Of a DNA stretch of 64,000 bases, positions 1 to 13,074 are shown piece by piece (the first letter of the stretch is position 1; each line of letters starts with the position of its first letter). Source of the stretch: Eledone cirrhosa (Eukaryota); NCBI GenBank assembly GCA_964016885.1, contig OZ024750.1, positions 15,190,001-15,254,000 on the forward strand. Reading direction: 5' to 3'. Both the position numbers and the translations under genes were made by a program. A model generated the notes under the pieces. It worked only from the letters and a program-made list of their open reading frames with translations, searched no databases and had not been told where the DNA came from.

Positions 1-1065
1 TCATTCACACGCACGTAGGTAAATTGCACAGCAATACTACAATGAATCTCTGGGTGAAAGGCTACAGTGGAAATCTGACTAGAGTTGCATATATTTGTGT
101 GAGTGGCACCTTCCTCTAGTAGCAAATAATAACTGTAATGGTGCGTTAAATCACTCCAGAATTTGTATAAATGTGAATGACATACAAATACAATTTGATT
201 ACAATAAATAAATGAATATATAAATAAGATAAAGAAGATATTTAAAAAAGAAATGAAAGAAAACTTTTGATGCGCATTTCATTTTTTTAATGTAAATGAA
301 GTAAAAGTGCGAAACAAATGTAGTGTTAACTATAAACGAGTTTCCTTCTTTAATGAATCATGATTTGTTTCTTCTAACGAAAATTTCAATCATAGCTCGA
401 CCTGTTAAAGTAACTCATTACATTAATGATATAACTTATCGAAAGAATGAACATTACAGACAAATAGCTGCAGGACAAACATTATAGGAAAAATCAGTCG
501 TAAATGTATAAATCAAATTTAGGAAGTGTGTTAAACGTATTATTAAGCCATCTAACAAAACGTTAATTATACAATCCAGTATCATATCCCTGTTGTCTAA
601 TGTCTAGCTGAATTTGAATCAACACCTAACCACATTCATGATAATAACTCTTCATTTAATTGAAAGTAAGTCTCATAGAGATAAATATTTCAGCTCTACC
701 CGAATACAAGATACTACAAATAAATGGTTTCTGTCGTCTCAACCGAATATATTTCAAAATTATACCAAAAATAATTATGTTCAAGAAATGAATAAAATAA
801 TAAAATAGTATTTCAATAATAGAGATTGTTGTTATTAATCAATGTTTAAAAATTTTGTTGAAACTAAAAATAATTTGAAGATTATAGAAAATGAATGTAC
901 ATATTGAAAATGCATTAACTACGGTATAGGCGTGAACCAAAACAAAAACTAAAGAAAATAGATTACAGTAGACTCATCATAGCCAATTTGCAAAACAATA
1001 TAGAATCCAACTTAGCAGCTACCCAGAGCTTCGATAGTTCGGTACACACACACACACACATACAC

Positions 1066-1138
<73 letters not shown>

Positions 1139-1147
<9 letters not shown>

Positions 1148-1541
1148 AATTAAAAAGAACAGAAAGATGCAGTAAAAGAGATTTATTCGGTTCTTACGTA
1201 CGTTTCAATAGACATCTATTTGCCTAGATCTCGCTACATCTATGATATGGGATCGATTGTGCATTGGATATCGAATGCTCTACTAAATATATAATATTAT
1301 AGATGTAGCGAGATCTAGGCAAATAGATGTCTATTGAAACGTACGTAAGAACCGAATAAATCTCTTTTACTGCATCTTTCTGTTCTTTTTAATTCTTTAT
1401 ATACGCCCCGGAATATAGCTAAACTGGAATATACACCTTTTTTCTGCATTTCGTTGAGCACCACTCTGTTGTAAGCTGACATTCCACTACACGGTACATA
1501 ACACTGTGTCCTGGAAAACATTAATGCACTCGTGCATAACC

Positions 1542-1545
<4 letters not shown>
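1139..1545. mobile_element. Fold-back element in (TA)n, probable Penelope-like inverted 3' end
   Basis: ~105-bp perfect inverted arms 1139-1243 / 1299-1403. The right arm has GAAACGTACGTA then AATAAA; a tail runs to the next TA run. Confidence 0.6.
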
Positions 1546-1575
<30 letters not shown>

Positions 1576-1994
1576 AGAAAGAGCCATATGTCGTTTGAGA
1601 AACACATAGCATTTTGTATATATATAAAGCCCATAATATTGAGGAAAAATATGTACTTTAAGGAGGAAAAGTTTTTCTTTCTTTATGGTACCATTTCATG
1701 TTTCGTAAAACGTAACAGAAATCGATCATCGACCACCAACTATCGATTTTGGTAAAGTTAGTGGAGACGCGAACAGATCATCAGAGGAATTCATCTTTAG
1801 ATAGGTTCCAATAGAGTATAGGGAACAAAATACTTTTATATCTGGGCAAACTCTCGGCTCACGAGAGTTTGCCTAAAACTAGCATGGAGTGATGGTGTGA
1901 AAAAGTTTTAACTGTGGCAGCAGATATAAATAGGACTGGACGTCGTATCCGCTATTATATATATATACATATATATATACACACATATATACAC

Positions 1995-2042
<48 letters not shown>

Positions 2043-2044
2043 TG

Positions 2045-2075
<31 letters not shown>

Positions 2076-2517
2076 CATACATGCATATACACATACATAT
2101 ATATGTGTGTATGAGTATACTGTATTAATGCATGAGGAATATTTATTCACTCTATATCTTAAAGAGGGAACCTACAAAACTAAATATAACTTCCATATTT
2201 TATAGCAATAGAGCAATAGCGTAAAGAGAATAAAAAAGAGGGGAAAGAAAATAGAAGGCAACACTTGAGAGTGAAAAACTATTGTAGCCGTAACATGACT
2301 GGAAGAAATAGAGGTTACGTTGAAATAGAAATAAAACTGCAATAGTATAATAAACGTAACAGTGTAAGCAAATACATGTATTCCTCGTTTGGCACGATAG
2401 ATAACACTAATAACAAGATGGCTACCCTAGAATAGATGGTGTTCACGTGCTACAAAAACACACTTGGCGAAAGCAATATGATCTTTAAAAACAAATCATC
2501 GCATATGACTTTTGAAT

Positions 2518-2564
2518 CAGCAGCAGCAGCGGCAGCAGTAGTAGCAGTAGTAGTGGTATTAATA

Positions 2565-2598
<34 letters not shown>

Positions 2599-2651
2599 CA
2601 TCAGCAGTATTACTAGTAATAGCAAGCAGGATTAGTAGTAGCAGCAGCAAC

Positions 2652-2716
<65 letters not shown>

Positions 2717-2769
2717 CATCAGCAGTATTACTAGTAATAGCAAGCAGGATTAGTAGTAGCAGCAGCAAC

Positions 2770-2803
<34 letters not shown>

Positions 2804-2972
2804 ACAGCAGCAGTAGTAGTAGCAACAGAAGTAGTAGTAGCAACAGCAGTAGTAGTAGTAGCAGTAGCAGCAGCAGCAATAGAAGTAGTAGTAGTAGTAG
2901 TAGTAGCAGGAGCAGGAGCAGGTGCAGCAGCAGCAGTAGTAGTAGTAGTAGTAGTAGTCGTAGTAGTAGTAT
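2518..2972. repeat. (TAG/CAG)n trinucleotide tract with a higher-order duplication
   Basis: GCATCAGCAGTATTACTAGTAATAGCAAGCAGGATT occurs twice. Confidence 0.95.
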
Positions 2973-3468
2973 TCAGCATGTTGAACCTCTCCCAGGCCGA
3001 TCAAGTTGATGCATTCGTTTAAGTAGGGAAGATATGGATATAGAGTAAATACTACAAAAGTGTAGTTTTGGGTTTAAACATTTGAACGCTGAGTTTAGAA
3101 CGGATTTGATGCCTCAAATACAGAAGAGATTCAACATATATTGGAATGGAAGGATCAGTTGATATTAAATGAAGATAATAGATAAGTACAGAAACATATC
3201 GGTAGAGGGTCGGATGCCATAGACCGATGGCAATGGTGGAGGAGTATGTGTAGGTAATTCAAATAAAATTATTCCCCCAAATAAACAAAAACTGGAATGA
3301 TATTGGAGTTCCAAGCATTTTTCAACCCAAATATAGAGACCAGCATCTCGGACTATTTCCAGTTCGAGGACTATGAGCAAATGAAGGATTATGTGAAGGA
3401 TAGAAAAATAAGCTATACAAATGCGGCTAAAAAATGCCTAGTGGCTTTTCATTATATATAGATGATAA

Positions 3469-3890
3469 GGGCAGTGGATTGGCAGTATCGGTAGAGGGTC
3501 GGACGCCATGCTTTCCAGCATAGTTATGTCCCTTTACGATCTGAGTTCAAATCCCGCCGAGGTTGACTTTGCCTTTCATCCTTACGGGGTCGATAAAATA
3601 AAGTACCAGTAATGCACTGGGTAATTGCTGGCCTTGTGCCTAAAGTCGAAACAATTATATATAGATGATAAGGGCGGTGGATTGGCAGTATCGGTAGAAC
3701 GTCAGACACCATGCTTTGCTGCATAGAGTTACGGCCCTTTATGATCTGTGTTCAAATCCCGCCAAGGTTAACTTTGCCTTTCATCCATAAGGGGTCGATA
3801 AAATAAAGTACCAGTAACGCACTGGGGTTGATTTAATCGACTTTCTCCTCTCCCAAAATTGTTGGCCTTGTGCCTATGTTAGAAACCATT
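3469..3890 (+). mobile_element. tRNA-derived SINE, head-to-tail pair (3469-3656, 3672-3890)
   Basis: A-box-like GGCGGTGGATTGGCAG, B-box GAGTTCAAATCCC, body GGGGTCGATAAAATAAAGTACCAG, ATT tail; ATTATATATAGATGATAA precedes both copies. Confidence 0.9.
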
Positions 3891-3959
3891 ATAGTAGCAG
3901 TGTAAAACCCCAAGGAAAATACAGCCCCTTAATCTGAAAGTAGTTGTAGAGTGTTAATG

Positions 3960-4580
3960 ATTTTGGTTTTGTAATTATGTGGTCTGGATTATTTGTGCGT
4001 TATGTAAACGACGATCTAGTATGAGAAGATAATTTCCTTCTATATATTGAGCAGCTGTTCACGTATGAAGAATGCTCTGGCCTCGTTGATAAGAGTTAGG
4101 AATTTTTTTTTTAGATAAGTAGCTTGTATGAGACATTAGAGATTGTGTTACGTAGCACTTGTAAAGCTTGTGGAAATGTTAAATTTACGTCAGGCAGAAG
4201 TAGAGAAGTGATAGAGCCATGTATATTTTATTGATATATGCATCGATATATGCTGTCGAAAAAGATTAGTTTCGCATGACCCCACTGTAGAATGTTTACA
4301 ATACATTTATTTAAAGAAGTAGTGAATTTCTTCCGTGATCTATCTAGGATGGGTTCGGATGCTCCATAAACCCGAAACATTATCATCATTGAGATTGTTT
4401 TAATATTCATAAGAGTCTGTAGGCAGTCAGGGATTACTGTGAAATAATTCATACCAGAAAGGAAATGTGGAGAACACTGAATCTCAACATACAGCGGAGT
4501 TAATATAATTTGAGTTTTAATAATATTGCTAATGTGAAAGTAACAACTGTGAAGTGATATGGTTTGGAATGGGTTCAACA
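3960..4580 (-). pseudogene. Possible decayed LINE apurinic endonuclease
   Basis: Weak motifs in the expected order: RVYGAS....RKKF...L, LDR, PDH. Confidence 0.3.
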
Positions 4581-5221
4581 TGCTAATGTGTGCACAACTA
4601 CATATATAATAATTTCTTTTGATTTAGCAGAAGGCCTCAAACATGTGAGATTATGGTGTATACCATGTCTAAAAGTGATTTTTTATTCATGATGATAATC
4701 TCAAGTCGAGAGAGGAGACACGTTTGGGAAATGTTTTTAATCGTTTTTAAGTCCGTTTTCTCGTGTTCTTTTTTTGTTGTTGACATGTTGCCAGCCATTT
4801 CTCAAGCCATCTCCATTTCTCGAGAAAGAGACGTCAGTAGATTGACACAACCCTTTGCGAGGTCCTCGATTCAAAGAGAGATGGGAGAGAGTGAGAGAGA
4901 GAGAAATATATAGAGAGAGAGAGTGAGAGAGTGAGAGTGAGAGATAGAGGAAGAGAGGGAGAGAGGGAGAGAGGGAGAGAGAGAGAGGGGGAGAGGGGGG
5001 AGAGGGGGAGAGAGAGAGATATCAACTAGAGTACTTGTCTAGTATTTTATTGACATCGAAAGGCTGAAAAGGAATGCCGAGCGGACTTTGAACTGAGGAC
5101 GAAGGAAGCCAAAATAAATACCACAAGGCATCCTATTCGTAAACTATACATGCACCTTTGATGAGTTGTAGTACACCTGAGAACTGTACACATTAATTTT
5201 CATTATCATTACTATTACATT

Positions 5222-5514
5222 GGGCGGTGGATTGGCAGTATCAGTAGAGAGTCGGACGCCATGCTTTCCAGCATAGTTACGTCCCTTTACGATCTGAGTT
5301 CAAATCCCGCCGAGGTTGACTTTGCCTTTCATCCTTACGGGGTCGATAAAATAAAGTACCAGTAATACACTGGGTAATTGCTGGCCTTGTGCCTAAAGTA
5401 GAAACAATTATTATTACAAATCTCCTTTCATCCTTACGGGGTCGATAAAATAAATTACCAGTGATGCACTGGGTAATTGCTAGCCTTGTGCCAAATGTAG
5501 AAACAATTATTATT
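5222..5514 (+). mobile_element. tRNA-SINE full copy + 5'-truncated copy
   Basis: Same consensus; ATTATTATTASAAATCTC follows each copy. Confidence 0.9.
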
Positions 5515-6057
5515 AGAAATCTCAATATGAAAGCAGAAAAACATTCTCTAATTTGCATCTAGCGGACACCAACAATATAGAAAAAGATGAGCAAGCTTCC
5601 TTCATAAAGAACTGGCGCTGAGATTATAATTATAAAGTCGTAGAGAAAATGATAGACCACATTCTACTAAACCTGACTTCATTCAAAATTTTGTCTTTTG
5701 TCACTAATAAAGAAATAGACTAATCAAAAACGAAAACAGTAACTTTATAACCAGACATTCTAACGCGACTTGTTAGTGAAAAGTAAAGATGGAAATATGA
5801 TTTAATATTTCAAGTGTGTAATGTAGGGAAATGGCTGAAAACATAGCAGTATTTTGGCTTCATGAAACATTATCACTTGAAGTAAAAACTATTGTCATAT
5901 AATCTCAATATTTGGCCCAAATTCTTACAATTTTGAAAGTTATACAACATACGAAATGATGCATATTATTTTTTTATATTCAGCTATCAGACAATCTGTA
6001 GCAATAACCTAAATAGGTAAACGACGTATTAGAGGCATTGTAATCTGTGTTTTATAG

Positions 6058-6188
6058 GCCTTTACAGTCCGAGCTCAAATCCCACCAAGGTTAACTTTGC
6101 TTTTCATCCTTACGTGGTCGATAAAATAAAGTACCAGTAATGTACTGGGATAATTGCTGGCATTGTGCCAAAAGTAGAAACAATTATT
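6058..6188 (+). mobile_element. tRNA-SINE, 5'-truncated
   Basis: Consensus match. Confidence 0.85.
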
Positions 6189-6193
6189 TAGCA

Positions 6194-6224
<31 letters not shown>

Positions 6225-6227
6225 CAT

Positions 6228-6400
6228 AACAAAGGAATTGTGGTAAGGAACCAGATGGGCCATAGCGCACCAGAATACTCAATACTTAGGGTAGTAGAGT
6301 GGGAAATAGGAAAAAGTATGACCCCGACGGCAGAGCTCAAGCCGTTTCGACGGCTATTTCTGGACTCCAGAAATAGCCGTCGGGGTCATACTTTTTCCTA
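6228..6400. mobile_element. Fold-back family A (putative Penelope-like 3' end with half-HHR), copy 1
   Basis: TA-flanked. Shared tail ...GTGGTAAGGAACCAG...TACTCAATACTTAGGGTAGTAG; internal hairpin GACGGCTATTTCTGG-ACT-CCAGAAATAGCCGTC; deletion in the right arm. Confidence 0.65.
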
Positions 6401-6778
6401 TATATATATACACACACGCATATATATATATATATATATAAATATACACACATATATATATACATATAAATATACACACATATATATATATATATAAATA
6501 TACACACATATATATATATATATATAAATATACACACATATATATATATATATAAATATACACACATATATATATATATATATATATAAATATACACACA
6601 TATATATATATATATATATATAAATATACACACATATATATATATATATATAAATATACACACATATATATATATATATATATATAAATATACACACACA
6701 TATATATATATATATATATACACATATATATATATATATATACATATAGTGAGAGGGAGAGAGAGGGAGAGAGAGAGT
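6399..6778. repeat. (TA)n-based minisatellite (TA..TAAATATACACACA) + GA run
   Basis: Direct inspection. Confidence 0.95.
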
Positions 6779-7079
6779 GACAAATAGATATACATATACA
6801 GATATTTACAAAAAGAAAGGAAGAAAGAAAGAAAGAAAGCAGGAAAGAAAAAAGAAAGAAAGAAAAATGATGTATTGTGTGTCTGTATACTTGTCTGTGG
6901 GAGGGAAGTGTGTTTGCTTATGTATATCCCCCCCCCCCCCCCCCACACACCTATATAGACATGTTTATTGATCCCTCTGAATCTACCTAACACGTAAACA
7001 CATAATACTCAGACTGAATAATAAGCTTGTTAGTAAAGTATAGAATGGTTTTGTATCATCTGTTATTCATTATATTTCA

Positions 7080-7330
7080 GCGTTCATATGCCTTCTCTCT
7101 CATATTTATATTGTTACTCTCTAACCGTATATGATCCCCCACACCTTCCCCGCTGTTTACAACAATGCTGTCTCATTCCTTTTTTGTCACAATGTTATAG
7201 ACTGTATAGCAAGCTTCCTTTTCTAGGCTGTCTTAAAATAACTTCTTTCACATTGAGCTGTTGTGAATATTGTTGAACCTAGCGTTGCATGTTGTCATTT
7301 GATCTTTTTGAGCTAGATTTGCCATTCGTT
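7080..7330 (-). pseudogene. Possible decayed CR1/L2-like RT C-terminal fragment
   Basis: EWQI*LKKIK*QHATLG resembles WQxxFNxxKCxxxHxG; otherwise heavily degenerate. Confidence 0.3.
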
Positions 7331-8019
7331 TCGTTTCTCTATGATGATTACATACGAAGGTGAGGAATGCCATCTAAATTAAGGCAACTTTCAGAAGCAG
7401 GTAGTGCTCCTACTTGGTGAATAGAACAGTTTCTAATTAGATACAATTGTGTGTGGAGTGGCAAGCTAACAGTAAAAGGCATTTTATATAAAAGGAAAGT
7501 GAATGAAAGTGGGGGAACGAAATAGAGAAAATCAGAACGAAATACAGGATATATAAAAATATAAAACTTGTATCCTTTTAGCTATGTAAACATACGAATA
7601 TTATAAAATCGTGAATTAAGTTGTTATTGTTTTTTTTAGTCACTCGTCGATCCTAATTGAGAAGATCTATAAGGAAAATCATTCAACCCATATCTTTTGT
7701 TTTTATGAATAGTGCATCCTAGACTACATGATTCAATATGGCTTTGTTTTAATAGACAGGATGTAATTTAGGGGAAATATAGATGCTATTTCTACATGGA
7801 GTGACTGAGTAGAGACTACGTTCGTGGCGTGTATTTAGTTAGATTTGATACTATTTCTTAGATGCATTAGGCTTGGAAAAGGGCACCGATTGAAAACATT
7901 TGATTGCATCAGACTTTGCCTTCCTCTACTTGTGTACCCTACTTGTAGATCTACCAGAAACTTAATCTCCTATGTTACTCACAAATGCCCCCCCCCCCCA
8001 CATCCTTGAAAGCGTTGTT

Positions 8020-8470
8020 AAAACAGTATCAACATTAGCAAAGCATTCGATTGTGTCTAGCTACTAGACTCTAGCATGTAAAACACCCGTCAAAACAATA
8101 CGCATATATGCTCCACCTATCTATCGATGCTTGAATGAGCGCCATCTTGTCAGATACTTTGATCTCGCTGTACGCTTATGGGGCCCTCTTTGACACGTAT
8201 TTTCATTCGGTATGTATTTCAGGGCTGCTCTTCTAATCAATAATATACATGATATCACCGTCATTAATGATTTCTCCCACATATATCATACCAACCTTTA
8301 TTCTTCTCTAAGCTTCCATAGTAAAGCCTCATTCACAGGAAACCTAAATTAGTCGCGTCAAACCTTGCTCTGACCCCATACAGAGAAACCTCAAAACTCT
8401 TCTGCATTTGAATAATGGCAATCTGGTCCAATTCAACAATATAAAGACACACTCGCTTCACATATTTAGA
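8020..8470 (+). pseudogene. Highly decayed LINE RT (L2/CR1 group)
   Basis: INISKAFDCV at ~8029 (DxSKAFD motif) and GNLVQFNNIKT at ~8417; stops and frameshifts in between. Confidence 0.55.
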
Positions 8471-8771
8471 AAATATTATTCCACCCTTCAAAGAATAAAT
8501 ATGTTTCGTAACGAAAGAATATTCTGTAATTTATATTCCTGCTTTGTAAGACATCTGATGTATTTACATTGAGCTGTTTCTCATACTGGTATTAAGGTGG
8601 TAAAAAATAAAAAAAATATTAACCTTTCCCGTTTATAATTATATATATCGTCCTCTATTGTCCTGTACTGTCCTTAATGTATACTTTGTGTAAACCCTTG
8701 TGGTTAATAAAGAAAGCATAATTATATGTAGTGTATATATAAGTATAGATAATATTATTATTATTATTATG

Positions 8772-9114
8772 AGGGCGGTGGATTGGCAGTATCGGTAGAG
8801 GGTCGGACGCCATGCTTTCCAGCATAGTTACGATCTGAGTTCAAATCCCGCCGAGGTTGACTTTGCCTTTCATCCTTACGGGGTCGATAAAATAAAGTAC
8901 CAGTAATGAACTGGGTAATTGCTGGCCTTGTGCCTAAAAGTAGAAACAATTATTATTATTATTATTATTATTACGGCCCTTGCCATTCTGAGTTCAAATC
9001 CCGCCGAGGTTAACTTTGCCTTTCATCCTTACGGGGTCGATAAAATAAAGTACCAGTAATGTACTGGATATTTGCTGGCCTTGTGCCAATAGTAGAAACA
9101 ATTATTATTATTAT

Positions 9115-9115
<1 letters not shown>
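8772..9115 (+). mobile_element. tRNA-SINE pair in (ATT)n
   Basis: Full copy 8772-8972 and truncated copy 8973-9115. Confidence 0.9.
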
Positions 9116-9147
<32 letters not shown>

Positions 9148-9149
<2 letters not shown>

Positions 9150-9292
9150 CAAAGAAAGTGTGGTAAGATACCAGGGGAACCATAACGCACCAGAGTACTC
9201 GATACTTAGGGTAGTAGAGTGGGTAATAGGAAAAGAGTCAGGAACGTGAGTTCGGATCTAGCTGTCGAAACGGGGTCCCGATTGTTTTCCCA
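9148..9292. mobile_element. Fold-back family A, copy 2 (rearranged)
   Basis: Same tail as 6228 and 38140-38222, plus a CTAGCTGTCGAAACGG remnant; TA-flanked. Confidence 0.6.
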
Positions 9293-9293
9293 C

Positions 9294-9388
9294 ATATATA
9301 TATATATATATATATATGTGCGTGTGCGTGTGTGTATGTGCGTGTGTGTATGTGCGCGTGTGTGTGTATGTGCGCGTGTGTGTGTATG

Positions 9389-9436
<48 letters not shown>

Positions 9437-9454
9437 TGTGTGTGCATGTGTGTG

Positions 9455-9522
<68 letters not shown>
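9294..9522. repeat. (TA)n(TGCG)n(TG)n compound microsatellite
   Basis: Direct inspection. Confidence 0.95.
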
Positions 9523-9523
<1 letters not shown>

Positions 9524-10955
9524 ATTTCAAGAGTTACAATATGCAAGTTGTTTCACCTAGAGGTAAGTAAGAAACATCTCCAGAACCTTCATGAATATGA
9601 TTTATAATTGAGTGCTGCAAATTACATTCTGAAGATTCTGGATTAGCTCTAACTTCATTTCGAATGAAATAAGCCTGCAAGTAATTTTTAAAACAAAATA
9701 ATTACACACAGTCATTGGCAGTTTTAGTAACCGCCGTAAGTTAGAATTTTAATAACTGTATAAGCATATTAGTATTTTTATGTAGAATGTTCCCCTGGGG
9801 TATTATGCCTGGGTCATCTTGTCAACATTGCAGCCTATAATTCAAATGAAGCAGTTTACATTACATTTTTAACACTATAATGTATAACCAATACACTATA
9901 TGGTTTACATTTAAACTACTTTTGTTACTACACGTCTTAGTATATTGCAGATGTTAGCACAAACTATATAAGTCATATAATCCAGACATCTAGTTCTTAT
10001 TTCTGCTTGCTTACTCTCTGTTGCCATAAATAAGTATAGTGATAACAAGATAACGTTACTTAATCGTTTGATAAGACTGAGGATAAGAAATGATGTGATA
10101 ATATATTTTAATATTAAATCTATTAGAAAATTGCTATCTTAGATTCTTTCTTAGATAACTCTACTTTTCTTATCGATGGTATTCAGTGAATTATTGCTGG
10201 CACTAAGATTTCTTGCAAAGAAACATATCATTTTACTGCTTCCCATTTCCTTTCAACGGTCAATTAATTATTTAATTTCTCCTACTAATGATGTTTTGGT
10301 ATCTTGAAATAACAGTAAAGAACTGGTATTATATTAAATAATATTTTCACCACAATACACTCAAGACAATTATTAAGAACATAAAAATATGATTATAGTT
10401 TTGTACTGGGTTACGTCTCAAAGATATAAGCACATTAAAAGTAAACAAACGCAGTTGTACATTCAGATGGTGAGATTCACCTCAAATAATATTATATAGC
10501 AATTAAACAGCATAAAAATTAAAGAAAGGAATGAAATGAAAAATGGTGGAACTGTCAAATAATAAAATGATCTACATTATTAAATAACTTGGCAATAAAT
10601 AAAAGATATGGTTAAACGCTTCGTGTTAATGTCCCAATAAATCTCAAATATTTCTCTTCAATAAAGCTATCAATGACATAAATTTTGGCATAGAAGTAAT
10701 GTATTTATGTGTATATAATGTTTAAAACTCTTAAATAAGACTTTCAAAATTATTGATGATCTTCTCTTAGAAGGATAAAAAATATTAATTCGTTACAATT
10801 CCAGATTTGCTCGAATCTAGTCGAGGTTATCAGCATGCAGGATATCTTATTACAAATAAAAACAATGACTTTCCAAGGTTTGGTAGTTTTAATGAAAATT
10901 GTAAAATAAAGAGAAGGTTCAGTTTTAAGGATGTAAAGTATTGATTATTCTTCGA

Positions 10956-11121
10956 TTAATGGTTTCTGATTTAGGCACAAGGCCAGCAATTTGAAGGGAG
11001 AGGGGATAGTCGATTAAATCGATCTCAGTGCATTACTGGTACTTTATTTTATCGACCCAGTAAGGATGAAAGGCAAAGCTTACCTCGGCGGGATTTGAAC
11101 TCAGAACGTAAAGGGCCGTAA
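10956..11121 (-). mobile_element. tRNA-SINE (long 3' subtype), truncated
   Basis: Reverse complement of consensus. Confidence 0.85.
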
Positions 11122-11149
11122 ATGTGTATCTAAGGGATAGGCATCGTCA

Positions 11150-11399
11150 TATGCTTCTTGGTCCTTATGGTACTTCCGATGTACGAGGAGCTATATCTTT
11201 TGCATGTGATCTTATAGACCACATATGCTCTCATGCAAACCTCTGCGTTGTTGACGGGATAATTAGGTGTGCATATATCACTGTATGTAGGTTGGTGTCT
11301 GTGGAGCAGCCTCCTCAATAAGGGTCTCGAGTGTGCCAGCCGTATATCCAGTCCCTCCCTACGGATGGTTTCTCTGGTGGCAGTTTAGGCAGCTTTAAG
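11150..11399 (-). pseudogene. Penelope-like element fragment: linker + N-terminal GIY-YIG endonuclease
   Basis: Translates ...TIRREGLDIRLAHSRPLLRRLLH...CTPNYP...CMRAYVVYKITCKRYSSSYIGSTIR, matching the VVYxIxC..C...YIGxTxR GIY-YIG signature of PLEs. Confidence 0.75.
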
Positions 11400-11841
11400 G
11401 GCACGTGCCCTCCTTTTTTTTTTAAGTGTTGCTGCCTTGGCATTTAGGTGTGGGCAAAAAGCAACTGGTAACAACGAAGCAAGGAACACAGTACAATGAA
11501 GAAATATATTAGTTTAACACTTGATATAGTAGGAAAAATGTCTATGCTTCAGACACCGATCCTTCATACAAAGATAGAATGAGAAATAAAAGATGAGAAG
11601 AGAAAGAAACCGAAAATCTTTTTAAGAAAAAGCACGTGTGTATTCAGTCAACTATTATGGAAAAAAATATATATATGCGCTCCATCATTCACTTTTCTAA
11701 AAAATTAAATTATACACAAAACGCCAGCACCAACAGTTTTGCAAGAGATGTCAACATGAATGGACCTGTTATTTCTTATCTAAAGACATTTTTCCAATTC
11801 CAACCCGCCCGTCCCCTCAATCTATCTTATTTCTCATTCTT

Positions 11842-11877
11842 TCTTCTGATGAAGGACTAGCGTCCGAAACGTTAAGA
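11842..11877 (+). ncRNA. Minimal hammerhead-like motif (Penelope-type)
   Basis: TCTT-CTGATGA-A-GGAC TAGC GTCC-GAAACGTT-AAGA; extra A after the core and a very short stem III. Confidence 0.55.
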
Positions 11878-12049
11878 CCCTCTTCCTGTTATATCAAGCG
11901 TTAATCTAATATATCCCTACCATATACTGTACCGATCGTGTTGTTATTTCTGTTTACTTTTTACCACTCTCAAGCGTGAAACTAATATTAACATTTGTAC
12001 TGCCTCTTCGCTTCCACGTTTTTTTGTTTTCTATTTACTGTCTCAACTT

Positions 12050-12414
<365 letters not shown>

Positions 12415-12561
12415 GAATTATTTCGTATATCCAAATATCGAAGCTAAATTATATATACCCATATTTGAAGTTCTAGTTAAACATTAATTAGTTACCTACC
12501 TAGCTATGTGTGCTTACACACTTTACAAATTATTCCCCGAGATTGTTTTATGTGTTTATTT

Positions 12562-12597
<36 letters not shown>

Positions 12598-12736
12598 TAT
12601 TAGAAAGTGAGGTTTTTTTTAAAATGAAAAATAACCGAGGTGTCCTACACGAGTGGAAGTATAAAGAAAAAGGGATGAAATCGAAAATGCAACTGAAGTC
12701 TTATTTTTTTTAAAAAATATATATATTTATTTGGTT

Positions 12737-12774
12737 CCTTTACCGGTTTCGCAGTTCTTCTGCTTTTCAAAAGG
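12737..12774 (-). ncRNA. Minimal hammerhead ribozyme, U3-A8 core variant
   Basis: Minus strand CCTT-TTGAAAA-GCAG AAGAA CTGC-GAAA-CCGG-TA|AAGG, followed by AATAAA; palindromic ACCGGT. Confidence 0.7.
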
Positions 12775-12802
12775 TGAGTTGAGATGGAGGGTCTGTGGTT
12801 TT

Positions 12803-12844
<42 letters not shown>

Positions 12845-12847
<3 letters not shown>

Positions 12848-13074
12848 AATCTATTTCTAGTTGATATAAAATGCACGGAATTATTCATTGGAATCTTTGA
12901 GCTTATTCTGCTGTAAATATGGCGCATGTCTCTCAGACATGATATATATATCCAAAATTAAATTGAGGTAAGGTTGTCATGTCTGAGAGACATGCGCCAT
13001 ATTTACTGCAGAATAAGCTCAAAGATTCCAATGAATAGTTCCGTGCATTTTATATCAACTAGAAATAGATTGAC
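12845..13074. repeat. Fold-back element in (TA)n
   Basis: 98-bp inverted arms 12845-12942 / 12977-13074 with about 3 mismatches; TA runs on both sides. Confidence 0.75.

Noticed and set aside
2990-3450. Coding-like purine-rich stretch
   Set aside because: Multiple stops and no recognisable motif; possibly an old TE.
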